Position numbers and translations under genes: made by a program. From Chloroflexota bacterium (GTDB lineage Bacteria > Chloroflexota > Dehalococcoidia > Lucifugimonadales > UBA3495): a stretch of 64,000 bases of DNA. Location of the stretch: positions 589 to 64,588 of the forward strand of contig VXTR01000056.1 in assembly GCA_009837355.1 (NCBI GenBank), written 5' to 3'. Shown here in pieces: positions 9,138 through 18,731 of this stretch; the stretch's first letter is position 1; each line of letters begins with the position of its first letter. A model generated the notes under the pieces. The model saw only the letters and a program-made list of their open reading frames with translations. It searched no databases and was not told the origin of the DNA.

Positions 9138-9224
9138 GTAAAGTTGTCAATGTTAAATTCGCGTGATAAACTGCCGCCATCATAGTCCGCACATAGCGTC
9201 CGCGGATATGACTGGAGGCAGTCC

Positions 9225-10532
9225 ATGCGAATCACCGCCGCTTCTATCATCGTCCTGGTCTGCGCGTTGGCGGCCGTCGGCTTGATTGTCAACCACACCG
9301 CCGACGCCGACGGCCACGGCTGTCCCTCAGACTGGCCGGCCCAGCAAGGCGCGGCGTCGCCCCACGGCCTAGGCAGCATCGACTACAACGGCTTCCACAC
9401 CGACGGCGACGGCGAGCGCTGGTTCGTCATCCGCAGCACCGACAGCAACGGCTACGCCACCATCCGGGCCTACGTGGCCGACGACGGCTACGATTCCGGC
9501 TACCGCAGCAGTTCCCCCGACGAGACCTGCTATCTCATCGTGCGCCGCCCCAGCGACACTGAGGATGCTGCCAAGCCCACCCAGATATCGTTCCAAGAAG
9601 GTGGGGAGCGCGAAAACCTGGGCTTTGTGGATGAACTTTTCGCCTCTCTCTCCGCGTCGGAGATAAGCTGCATACGCAGCGTCATCGGCGAGAACCCGAC
9701 CCTGCAAACCCAGCGCCTGATGGACAAGCGCAACGTCCTGCCGATTATCCGGTGCATTCCCAACAGCCAGTGGTACGACGAGTCCACGATAATCTTCAGC
9801 GTCAAGCTGTTCGCCTTCCAGGACGGCGGACGGTCGTACAACACCGTCAACTGTCTCATTGGCGTTAGCACCAAGTACCCGAGGCTGGTCCACCTGAGGC
9901 TGGGAACGGGCCTGACTCAGGGGGAACAACTGCAACTGGCCCCCGCCAGCGGAGAGCTGACAGCTTGCTTGTCGCCTGCGGAGCAGATTCAAAACCTGCT
10001 TAACATCGTCCTGGCACAAGATGCTCTGGACAGCGTCTCCAACGGCAACTACATCATCAGTGCGATTAACGCATCCACCAACTCCGCCCTGAATAGTTGC
10101 GTCGACGGCAATAACGTGCGCAGCCGCCTTGAAGAAATTAGAGGTATGTCCGTCATCGAGAGCTTCCAGCACTTCCCCAACGACGAACTGCTGAACTGCC
10201 TGTTGCTGGACCAGCAAACGGCCACCGATGTATACGCCCAAGTGGCATCCACCCGGGCCGGTATCGCATCCCCGGCCCGCCGGCTGAGCCCCGATGCAGA
10301 AGCGTGCTTCAAGACCTTTGCAACTGCGAGCACCTATCAACAACTGGTCACTCTGGCCGTTGATCCGGAACGGGTCACTGGACAAGCGGCAAACCTCGCT
10401 AATCTGGACAGCCTGGTCCAACAAGGTTTCGCTTGTATCACACCTGACCCGAGCAATCGCAATGACCCCAGGCTGATGGACTTCCTGACCGCTTTCCTGT
10501 CCAGCAATCTGGCTCTGAGCACCCCTCTGTAA
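9225..10532 (+). CDS. hypothetical secreted/membrane-anchored Cys-rich protein
   Basis: N-terminal hydrophobic segment ASIIVLVCALAAVGLIV. I recognise no domain. The gene is noticeably more A/T-rich than its flanks. Confidence 0.5.
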   Translation: MRITAASIIVLVCALAAVGLIVNHTADADGHGCPSDWPAQQGAASPHGLGSIDYNGFHTDGDGERWFVIRSTDSNGYATIRAYVADDGYDSGYRSSSPDETCYLIVRRPSDTEDAAKPTQISFQEGGERENLGFVDELFASLSASEISCIRSVIGENPTLQTQRLMDKRNVLPIIRCIPNSQWYDESTIIFSVKLFAFQDGGRSYNTVNCLIGVSTKYPRLVHLRLGTGLTQGEQLQLAPASGELTACLSPAEQIQNLLNIVLAQDALDSVSNGNYIISAINASTNSALNSCVDGNNVRSRLEEIRGMSVIESFQHFPNDELLNCLLLDQQTATDVYAQVASTRAGIASPARRLSPDAEACFKTFATASTYQQLVTLAVDPERVTGQAANLANLDSLVQQGFACITPDPSNRNDPRLMDFLTAFLSSNLALSTPL

Positions 10533-10684
10533 CGAGCCTGTCTCGCTCCTTACCGACCCAAGGGATACCCGCCTCTGCCATCGCGAGCAGGGGCGGGTAT
10601 TTCCCTTATACAGCCAGCGTGTATAATGCGCTTCGTTCCGCGCCCGGCGGCGCGTTGCATCGCATTGCATAAGGAGCGCATTCC

Positions 10685-12058
10685 ATGGCACAGGCAGCCG
10701 GCGTCAGTCCTTCCCAACCTCAAGCCCAGGACGTAGAGCCGCGCACCAAGGGCTCCGTGATGGCCAGTACGCTCATCGGCGCCCACGCCTTTGAGCATCT
10801 TTACGCCCACAGCATCCCGCTGCTCACCACCGTCATCGCCGCCGACCTCGGCCTGGGGGCGTTGCAGGTAGGCGCCATTGTCGCCGTTCGCTCCATCTTC
10901 GGCGGTCTGACCAGCGTTTCCGGCGGAATCCTGGTTGACCTGTTCCACCACCGGGTGGCGTGGGTGCTGTCCATCAGCACCTTTATGATTGGCCTGGGCT
11001 ACCTGCTCATGTCCATCGCGCCGTCCTACGTGCTGATATTGGCCGCTCTGGCTCTGGGTTCCATGGGCAGCGCATTGTGGCACCCCCCGGCGTTAGGCCT
11101 GCTGGCGCGACGCTTCCCGGCCCGGCGCGGCCTGTTCATATCCATGCATCGCTCCACGGGTAGCATCGGCGACGTGCTGGGGCCGATGGCGGCCGGCGCT
11201 CTGGTGGTGGGAGCGTTAGCGTGGAGCGCCGGTGAACCGGAAGACATTGTAAACTTCGGCTGCCAGGCACTGCCCTTCTGCTGGGACTTGCCCTGGCCGG
11301 CCATCAGTTGGCGGTGGGTGCTGGGGGTCAGCACGCCGATAATGTTCGTAGCTACCGTGCTGATATTCATCCTGCTGCGCAACGCCGGCAGCGACCCTCC
11401 CACCGGAGTCCAGGTGGGCGGACGCATCCGCACCAACTGGGAGGGCATGAAAGACGCCTTCCGAGGCACCGGGATGTGGGCCATCTTCACCGTGTCGGCG
11501 GTGCGCGGCATGGCCGATCGCTCCCTGGTGTTTCTGATTCCTTATTACTTGACCACTGCCCTGGAAGAAAACGCAGTGCTGGCGGCGGCCCACGTTGCCC
11601 TGATGGTGGGCCCGGGGATATTGGCCGGGCCGATGATTGGCGCGCTGTCTGACCGCATCGGCCGCCGCCCACTGATTGTGTTCATCATGGCGGCCACCAC
11701 GCTGCTGACCCTGGGCATCATCTGGGCCGGCCAGTCACAGCAGGAATATACCTACTGGATTACCATTTTCGTCGCCATCTACGGCCTGATGAACTTCTCG
11801 GTGAACAACCTGACCCAGGCCGCCGCTGCTGACATCGCCGCCGGACGCCGGCTGGAGTCCAGCTTCCTGGGCCTGATGTGGGGCAACAACACCCTGTTCG
11901 GGGCCTTCGCTGCGATTATCATCTTCGGCTCGGTGGAATGGTTCGACTTCCAGTACGGGTTCTACATCGCGGCGGGCATCTACTTCGTGGGCCTGTTGGT
12001 GTCGCTGCTGATTCCCGGCAAGCCCCGCGCGCCGGAAGCCGTGGCGGTTCCCGCCTAA
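10685..12058 (+). CDS. MFS transporter (paralog 1)
   Basis: AAGGAG lies 8 nt before ATG 10685. The protein is a multi-TM MFS-like sequence, colinear with and highly similar to the next gene. Confidence 0.8.
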   Translation: MAQAAGVSPSQPQAQDVEPRTKGSVMASTLIGAHAFEHLYAHSIPLLTTVIAADLGLGALQVGAIVAVRSIFGGLTSVSGGILVDLFHHRVAWVLSISTFMIGLGYLLMSIAPSYVLILAALALGSMGSALWHPPALGLLARRFPARRGLFISMHRSTGSIGDVLGPMAAGALVVGALAWSAGEPEDIVNFGCQALPFCWDLPWPAISWRWVLGVSTPIMFVATVLIFILLRNAGSDPPTGVQVGGRIRTNWEGMKDAFRGTGMWAIFTVSAVRGMADRSLVFLIPYYLTTALEENAVLAAAHVALMVGPGILAGPMIGALSDRIGRRPLIVFIMAATTLLTLGIIWAGQSQQEYTYWITIFVAIYGLMNFSVNNLTQAAAADIAAGRRLESSFLGLMWGNNTLFGAFAAIIIFGSVEWFDFQYGFYIAAGIYFVGLLVSLLIPGKPRAPEAVAVPA

Positions 12059-12088
12059 TCTCCTGAATAGGCCTGATTACCAACGTCC

Positions 12089-12116
12089 GTAGGGGCGAGG
12101 CAAGCCTCGCCCCTAC
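12089..12116. repeat. perfect 12-bp hairpin GTAGGGGCGAGG-caag-CCTCGCCCCTAC (REP-like, no U-tract)
   Basis: Read directly from the sequence, between the two MFS paralogs. Its arms share GTAGGGGCGA/TCGCCCCTAC with the hairpin at 52278. Confidence 0.7.
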
Positions 12117-12137
12117 ACCGTCCGCAACGTTCCGCCG

Positions 12138-13475
12138 ATGGCACAAACATCCGCTCCAACCCAGCCTGCATCCCGGGTTCCGCGGGCGCCGCGCCGTCGC
12201 ACCGGCAACGGCGTGATGGCTTCCACCCTCATTGGCGCCCACGCCTTTGAGCATTTCTTCTCCAACGCCATCCCGCTCCTCACCACCTTCATCGCAGCCG
12301 ACCTGGGCCTGAGCGCGCTGCAGGTCGGCGTAATCGTTGCCGTGCGTTCGGCGTTTGCCGGACTCACCAGCGTTGGAGGCGGGTTTCTGTCCGACCTGTT
12401 CCACCACCGGGTGGCGTGGGTGCTGTCCATCAGCGCTTTCCTGTCCGGCGTCGGCCTGCTGCTGATGGCGGTTTCGCCGTCCTTCGCTCTGCTGCTGTTC
12501 GCGTTGGCCTGCGCATCCTCCGGCGCGGCGTTGTGGCATCCGCCGGCGTTGGGGCTGCTGGCCCAGCGATTTCCCCGCCAGCGCGGCCTGTACATATCCA
12601 TGCATCGTTCCACCGGCAGCGTCGGCGACGTGCTCGGCCCCATGGTGGCCGGCATCCTGCTGCTGGGCGCACTGCAATGGGAGGCCACAGACGGCCTCAT
12701 CGTCGGCTGGGAACTGGGCTGGGACCCCATCGGCTGGCGCCTGTGGCTGGCCGTCAGCGCGCCGGTGATGATCGTCTCCGCGTTCGTCATCTACGGACTG
12801 CTCCGCCACGCCGGCAACACGCCGCCGCTCAACATAGACATCGTGCAGCGGATGCGGCACCAGTGGGACAGCACCCGGGTGGCGTTTCGAGGCACCGGCC
12901 TGTGGGCAATCTTCGCGGTGTCGGCGGTGCGCGGCATGGCCGACGGCTCGCTGCTGTTCCTGGTGCCCCTCTACATGACCCAGGCATTGGGCGTCAACTC
13001 CTTCCAGGCGGCGGCGCACCTGGCGCTGATGGTGGGACCGGCGATGGTGACGGCGCCGCTCATCGGCGCGCTGTCGGACAAGGTCGGGCGAAAGTCCCTC
13101 ATCGTGTTGCTTATGGCGGTCACCACCGTGCTCACCATGGCTATGCCGCTGGGCGGTCAGCAGTATTCCCTGTGGATTACCCTGTGCGTGGCCCTGTACG
13201 GCTTGCAGCATTTCACCGTCATCAACCTAACGTCCGCTGCGGCCGCCGACGTTGCCGCGCGTTACGGCCTGGAATCCAGCTTCCTGGGCCTGATGTGGGG
13301 CAACAACGTGCTCTTCGGCGCGGTGGCCGCCGTCTTCATCTTCGGACCTATCGAGTGGCTGGATTGGCAGTACGGCTTCTTCATCGCTGCCGGCATTTAC
13401 TTCGTCGGCCTGCTGGCGTCGTTGATGATCCCTAGCGACCGGCGCGGTCAGGAACCGGCAGCGGCAGCCGCCTAG
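12138..13475 (+). CDS. MFS transporter (paralog 2)
   Basis: N-terminus ..VMASTLIGAHAFEHFFSNAIPLLTTFIAADLGLSALQVG.. is nearly identical in pattern to paralog 1. No obvious SD. Confidence 0.8.
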   Translation: MAQTSAPTQPASRVPRAPRRRTGNGVMASTLIGAHAFEHFFSNAIPLLTTFIAADLGLSALQVGVIVAVRSAFAGLTSVGGGFLSDLFHHRVAWVLSISAFLSGVGLLLMAVSPSFALLLFALACASSGAALWHPPALGLLAQRFPRQRGLYISMHRSTGSVGDVLGPMVAGILLLGALQWEATDGLIVGWELGWDPIGWRLWLAVSAPVMIVSAFVIYGLLRHAGNTPPLNIDIVQRMRHQWDSTRVAFRGTGLWAIFAVSAVRGMADGSLLFLVPLYMTQALGVNSFQAAAHLALMVGPAMVTAPLIGALSDKVGRKSLIVLLMAVTTVLTMAMPLGGQQYSLWITLCVALYGLQHFTVINLTSAAAADVAARYGLESSFLGLMWGNNVLFGAVAAVFIFGPIEWLDWQYGFFIAAGIYFVGLLASLMIPSDRRGQEPAAAAA

Positions 13476-13534
13476 CCGGCCGGCGTAACCGCTATAATGG
13501 TTGCACACCCGCCGATCCGCTGCTGCTCCTGACC

Positions 13535-14224
13535 ATGTCCGCCATTCGCATATCCGGCCTGATGCTTCTTCTCGCCGCCATCGCCACCGCGGTGTCGGTG
13601 ATGACCCGGCTGTCCAGCAGCCTGGAACCTTTCCCCGACAGTCCTATCCAGTTGCCCATCATCCTGGACACCGGCCAGTATGTCATCGCCGGCGCGGCGC
13701 GGGTTCTCTCCGGTTTAGCCTTGCTGGCCGCCGCGATTTTCCTGCGGCTGACGCTGAATGACCGGCAACCCGTGGCAGCCGGCATCTCCGCTGCGCTGCT
13801 GGTACTGTCGGGCGCAGTTACCGCAATCTCCGGCGCGTGTATGCTGGCCCTGGCGGCGGAATTACCGGAAGCCGCTGCGTCCCGAGTGTACTTGTACCCG
13901 GAAGCCGCCTGGGGGTATCAGGTATGGATTGACCCGGTGAACCAGGCCCGCTGGATTGCCGGCAAGGTCGGTTTCACGCTGGCCGGCCTGGGGTTGATTG
14001 CCCTGGGGCCGGTGCAATGGCGTATCGGCGGCCTGCTCAAAATTTCCGCCGTCGCCGACGTGATTATCGAAGTCGCCATGCTGTTCATCTGGGTGGACGC
14101 CGCCACCGTGATGCACCGCGTATCGGGCATCGCGTTCCTGGTCTGGCTAATCGTCAGTGGCGTGTGGCTGGCCGCCGGACTGCTCAAAACCCCCAAGGGA
14201 GTAACCCAACATGGCAACCCGTGA
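13535..14224 (+). CDS. hypothetical polytopic membrane protein
   Basis: 229 aa with about 6 hydrophobic segments and no recognised motif. It overlaps the next gene by 14 nt. Confidence 0.55.
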   Translation: MSAIRISGLMLLLAAIATAVSVMTRLSSSLEPFPDSPIQLPIILDTGQYVIAGAARVLSGLALLAAAIFLRLTLNDRQPVAAGISAALLVLSGAVTAISGACMLALAAELPEAAASRVYLYPEAAWGYQVWIDPVNQARWIAGKVGFTLAGLGLIALGPVQWRIGGLLKISAVADVIIEVAMLFIWVDAATVMHRVSGIAFLVWLIVSGVWLAAGLLKTPKGVTQHGNP

Positions 14225-14693
14225 CGAAAACCTGGCCACCGTCCGCCGCATCCGCAACGAACTGACCGCCCTGCTGGAGGGCATGGACTACTGCTTGGAC
14301 TGGAAGGACGGCGATAACTGGTGCGCCCGGGAGGTGCTGTACCACTTGGTGGACACTCCGGAGGGCGGCATCGGCAGCGTTATCGCCGGCGTGCTGGACG
14401 GGACGCGCGACGAGATCACGATCCTGCCCGACGCCAACAACATGACTCCGGAGCGCATGGCCGCCGACCTGGATGAAGCGCAGGCCGCCCCCCTGGCCAT
14501 CCTGCGAACCGCCGAGGACGCCATCGCCGCCGCATCGGACACCGACTTTATGGAGAGGACAGCCATGGCGCATCTGCCCCACCGCGACGTCCACGAAGTG
14601 CGCACCGTCCAGGCGTTCATCGATGGGTTGGAACGGCATTGGGGTGAGCACCTGGCACAGCTGCGCGCCATACGGGAGACGCTGGGAGTATGA
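14211..14693 (+). CDS. DinB-family (DinB_2-like) protein
   Basis: 160 aa with a ..REVLYHLVD.. histidine motif typical of the DinB four-helix-bundle fold. Confidence 0.6.
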   Translation: MATRDENLATVRRIRNELTALLEGMDYCLDWKDGDNWCAREVLYHLVDTPEGGIGSVIAGVLDGTRDEITILPDANNMTPERMAADLDEAQAAPLAILRTAEDAIAAASDTDFMERTAMAHLPHRDVHEVRTVQAFIDGLERHWGEHLAQLRAIRETLGV

Positions 14694-15699
14694 TTGCTTT
14701 GCCGAAACTGCTGCGTCTCCTCATCACAGTTGGCGCAATGGCGTTGGTCGCCGTTCTGCTAGCTGCCTGCTCCGGCAATCCCCAGACGCTGAACGTGGGC
14801 TTTTACGCCTACTTCGCGCCGGTGAGCTACAGCGCAGGCGAAACCCCGACGCCGCTGACTTCAACTCCCACCGTGGCTACGAAGCCGACTTGCTCACCGC
14901 CCTGGAGACCATGGACGGAGCCGGCCTGTCCTTCAACCGTCGCGCCATCGCTGAGTGGCCTGGCATCTGGCTGCTCTCCGCCGGCGACGAGTTCGACATC
15001 GTGGGCGGAGGTATCACCATTCTGGACTCCCGCACCCGCAACGATGACGGCAATACGGCTATCGCCTTCACCAACGGACACATCACCTTCCGCCAGTCCC
15101 TGCTGGTAAGGGCTGAAGACGCGCAGCGACTGGCCACCCACGACGCTCTCACGTCCGACGTGCGGGTGGGTGTGCTGACCGGCACCACCGGGGAAGCCCG
15201 CCTGCTGCAACTCACCGGCCTGGCCGACGGCAATGGCGTCCTGGCCGCCGGAACCCGCGTCGCAACCGGCGCCGGCGACGTGCTGGCGGACGGCAGCGAG
15301 GGTTACACCATCACCGCCGCTGCCACTTCTCCCATCCTGCAAGGGCGCCGCCACATCTATCCGCCTGACGGAACGATGCCCCAGGTCATCTATCTGGGCG
15401 ACGAGTCGGGCGAGGTTGAGTTGCTCGACGCGCTCCGCAACGGCGACATTGACGCTATCGGCCGGGGCGCTATCGGCAATACCGACGCCGCCCAGGAATC
15501 CGACGGCGCCTTTGCGGTTACGGCGCTGGACGATGCGGTGGAGTACGGCGGCTTCACCGTCGCCGCCGGAGACACGGAGTTGCTGGCCCTGCTCAACGAG
15601 CGCATTGACTTCCTCACCGACCACCGGCGCATCGGCTACGCAGAGTGGCGGGCCGACCCTACGGTCTTCTTGCAGCGGGCGGCCCGGTGGGAGCAGTAA
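14690..15699 (+). pseudogene. periplasmic/lipoprotein solute-binding protein (family-3-like), interrupted by a 1-nt frameshift near 14840-14847
   Basis: ATG 14690 overlaps the DinB stop (ATGA). In that frame it encodes the lipoprotein signal LLAACSGN plus LNVGFYAYFAPVSYSAGE. The homologous body (NPDAADFNSHRGYEADLLTALE...GFTVAAGDTELLALLNERI) continues in the -1 frame with no start codon of its own. The junction falls at gcGAAACCCCgac. Confidence 0.6.
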
Positions 15700-15776
15700 T
15701 CCGGTTTGACACCCCTCAAACGTGTGGCTATATTCGGGCCAACACCATTCACTATCCCAACCGGAGGTAATTTGAC

Positions 15777-16628
15777 ATGGCGACACCACGAGGACGAGTC
15801 AGCTTTGACGCCGGGAACGTTGGATTCATCGTGCAGCACGAGCTGTGGGACGGCAACATCCAGGACCACTCCGACCAGGGCGTGGTCATCCTGGTCCAGG
15901 TTGGCGACGAGACGGCGCTGCGGTTCAACTGTTTCGACATCGAGAAGAGCTACGTGTACGCGCCCGACGGCAAGAACGTACAGTATCGCATGGACCGCAC
16001 CACCGACGGCAATCCCATCGGCTGGTCGGTGCGCACCATGCGCAAGAACCTGGGCGCGATGCTCACCGCCGCCGGCTACGAAGCCGCCGCAGGCGCGCTG
16101 GACATGAACGCCGTTAACGCCGCGCTGGACGAGGTGGACAGCGCCGCGCGGGCCAAGTTCGCCGCCGACCGCAACACCGTGAAGCACAACCGGGGCACCG
16201 ACATCATCGAGGCTGGCAACATCCGCTTCGGCCTGGAGATGCGGCGGCAGTCCTCCGGCGACGGCGGCCTGGCCATCCACGTGCTGAGCGACCTGGCCGG
16301 CAACACGGGGCGCGTCTTCACCGAGGAGACCGAGCTGCTGGCCTTCGACTGTTTCCGGGACGAGCCTCACTACCACTACGGCCCGCGCAACAAGAACCAC
16401 CGCATCTTCTGGGACAAGACGCTGGTTCCCGACCCGCTGGCCTGGTGCCTGGACCAGTTCAAGGGCGGCAAGCTCAGGGCCATGATTGAACGGGCCGGCT
16501 ACCCCGGCGTCGCCGCCGACTTGGACGAAGACCTGCTCGCGTCCGTCATCCCCCAGGTGGAAAAGCGGGGTCGCGAAATGGAAGCCACGGGCATTCCGTC
16601 GGAGGTAACGCCGAACCTGGTGACGTAG
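15777..16628 (+). CDS. hypothetical protein with an internal duplication
   Basis: 283 aa. Two roughly 95-aa halves align (DAGNVGFIV..ALRFNCFDIEKSYVYAPDGKN..LGAMLTAAGY versus EAGNIRFGL..LLAFDCFRDEPHYHYGPRNKN..LRAMIERAGY). Confidence 0.55.
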   Translation: MATPRGRVSFDAGNVGFIVQHELWDGNIQDHSDQGVVILVQVGDETALRFNCFDIEKSYVYAPDGKNVQYRMDRTTDGNPIGWSVRTMRKNLGAMLTAAGYEAAAGALDMNAVNAALDEVDSAARAKFAADRNTVKHNRGTDIIEAGNIRFGLEMRRQSSGDGGLAIHVLSDLAGNTGRVFTEETELLAFDCFRDEPHYHYGPRNKNHRIFWDKTLVPDPLAWCLDQFKGGKLRAMIERAGYPGVAADLDEDLLASVIPQVEKRGREMEATGIPSEVTPNLVT

Positions 16629-16653
16629 GGCATATCGGGGTAGCGCGGTTGCG

Positions 16654-18528
16654 CTACCCCTCTTCATCCATCCGTAGCAGGCTGAGGAAGGCTTCCTGGG
16701 GGACTTCCACACGGCCGACTCGCTTCATGCGCTTCTTGCCTTCCTTCTGCTTTTCCAGCAGCTTCCGCTTGCGGGTGATGTCGCCGCCGTAGCACTTGGA
16801 CAGCACGTCTTTGCGCATGGCGCGGACGGTTTCGCGGGCGACGATGCGGCTGCCGATGGCCGCCTGGATGGGCACCTCGAACATCTGGCGCGGGATGGTG
16901 GAGCGCAGTTTCTCGACGATGCTGCGACCCTGAACCACCGCGTTGTCCCGGTGGCTGATCATGCTCAGCGCCTCCACCGGCGTCTGGTTCACCAGGATGT
17001 CGATGCGCACCAGCGGCGCGGCCCGGTAACCCTCAAAGGTGTAGTCCAGCGAGGCGTAGCCCTGGGTTCGGGATTTCAGTTGGTTGTAGAAATCCGCCAG
17101 CATTTCGGACAGCGGCATGGTGTACTCCATCACCACCCGGGTCTGCTCGTTGTCGGCGCTGTCGCTGCCATTGCCACCGTCGTCGGTCGGCTTGCCGCCG
17201 ATGCCCTGGATGTACTCCATGCGCCGGAACTCAGAGCGTCGCGCGTGCATCAGCTCCATCACCGCGCCCACGGCCCGGCTGGGCGCAACGATGGTAACGC
17301 CGAGAATCGGCTCTCGCACCTCGGAAATCGCGTTAGGCTGGGGCAGCAGCGACGGATTGTCCACCTGAACCACCTCGCCGTTGGTCAACAGCACTTCGTA
17401 GGCGACGCTGGGCGCAGTCACGATCAGGTCCAGGTCGTATTCGCGTTCCAGCCGCTCCTGCACGATTTCCAGGTGCACCAAGCCCAGGAATCCGCAGCGG
17501 AACCCGAATCCCAGCGCGCCGCTGTTCTCAGGCTCGATGGACAGCGAGGCGTCGTTTAGCTTGAGCTTTTCCAACGCCGCGCGCAGCCGAGTGTAGTCCT
17601 CGCCGTCGGCGGGGTACAGGCCGGCGAACACCATGGACTTCAACTCCACGTACCCCGGCAGCGGGCCTTCAGCGGGATGGGCGTGGTTGGTCAGGGTGTC
17701 GCCGACGGCGCACTCCTGCACGTCCTTAAATCCGGTGGCGACGTAGCCCACCTGCCCGGCCTGGAGTATGCCGGTGGCCGTCGGTTCCGGCGCGAACACG
17801 CCCACCTCCATGATCTCAACCGTCCGGCCTGACGACATCACTTGCAGGCGGTCACTGGTGGATATGGTTCCGTCGGCGACTCGAACGTAGGCGATGATTC
17901 CCTTGTAAGTGTCATAGGTTGAGTCGAACACCAGCGCCCGGAAGGGGTCTTCGTCCCCGCCGTCCGGCGGCGGCACTCGTTCCACGATGGCGTCCAGCAG
18001 CTCGCCGCAGCCCAGGCCGGACTTGGCCGACACGAACATCACCTCGTCCCGACGGAATCCGAAAATCTGCTCCATCTCCGCCGCCACCCGCTCCGGTTCC
18101 GCCGAAGGCAGGTCAACCTTGTTGATGACCGGAATCAACTCCAGGTCGTACTCCATAGCCAGCAGCGTGTTGGCGATGGTCTGCGCCTCCACGCCCTGGG
18201 TGGCGTCCACCACCAGCAGCGCGCCCTCGCAGGCGGCCAACGCCCGGGACACCTCATAGGAAAAGTCCACGTGGCCGGGGGTGTCAATGAGATTCAGCTG
18301 GTACTCGCCGGCGTAGTCGCCGTTGGCGACGCGGTGGGACATGGTCACCGCTTTGCCCTTGATGGTGATGCCGCGCTCCCGTTCCAGCTCCATCTGGTCG
18401 AGGAACTGGGCCTTCATGTCCTGGGGGCGCACGGTTCCGGTGATTTCCAGCAGCCGGTCGGCCAGGGTGGATTTCCCATGGTCGATGTGGGCGATGATGC
18501 AGAAATTGCGGATACGCTGCTGATTCAT
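16654..18528 (-). CDS. lepA: translation elongation factor 4 (LepA)
   Basis: [28 protein letters not shown].., [13 protein letters not shown], and the LepA C-terminal domain. Confidence 0.95.
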   Translation of the reverse strand: MNQQRIRNFCIIAHIDHGKSTLADRLLEITGTVRPQDMKAQFLDQMELERERGITIKGKAVTMSHRVANGDYAGEYQLNLIDTPGHVDFSYEVSRALAACEGALLVVDATQGVEAQTIANTLLAMEYDLELIPVINKVDLPSAEPERVAAEMEQIFGFRRDEVMFVSAKSGLGCGELLDAIVERVPPPDGGDEDPFRALVFDSTYDTYKGIIAYVRVADGTISTSDRLQVMSSGRTVEIMEVGVFAPEPTATGILQAGQVGYVATGFKDVQECAVGDTLTNHAHPAEGPLPGYVELKSMVFAGLYPADGEDYTRLRAALEKLKLNDASLSIEPENSGALGFGFRCGFLGLVHLEIVQERLEREYDLDLIVTAPSVAYEVLLTNGEVVQVDNPSLLPQPNAISEVREPILGVTIVAPSRAVGAVMELMHARRSEFRRMEYIQGIGGKPTDDGGNGSDSADNEQTRVVMEYTMPLSEMLADFYNQLKSRTQGYASLDYTFEGYRAAPLVRIDILVNQTPVEALSMISHRDNAVVQGRSIVEKLRSTIPRQMFEVPIQAAIGSRIVARETVRAMRKDVLSKCYGGDITRKRKLLEKQKEGKKRMKRVGRVEVPQEAFLSLLRMDEEG

Positions 18529-18731
18529 AATGGGCTGCCGTCCTCGTCAACGGCAATATGGTAGCACGCCTGCAATCCGAGCGGCAATCAAAGCGCTGTC
18601 CCAGGCAGAAGGGTTAACTGAAACCCACCGAAGCATAGTATCCTGTTGACAACGTCAAACCGTCACACGCTTTGATACGACCGAATCGCAGCCAATTTCG
18701 TACCAATGGGGAGTAAGCGACGGAGCGCAAT

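Noticed and set aside
14836-14850. Programmed -1 ribosomal frameshift in the solute-binding protein gene.
   Set aside because: There is no X XXY YYZ slippery heptamer and no obvious downstream pseudoknot. The site is a short A3/C4 homopolymer, so an indel (real or technical) is the simpler explanation.
18646-18658. Palindrome TTGAC-aac-GTCAA in the lepA/RND divergent intergenic region, as a possible TetR-type operator or promoter.
   Set aside because: It is only a 5-bp inverted repeat. No regulator gene is nearby, and the -10 candidates at proper spacing are poor on both strands. The evidence is too weak to call.
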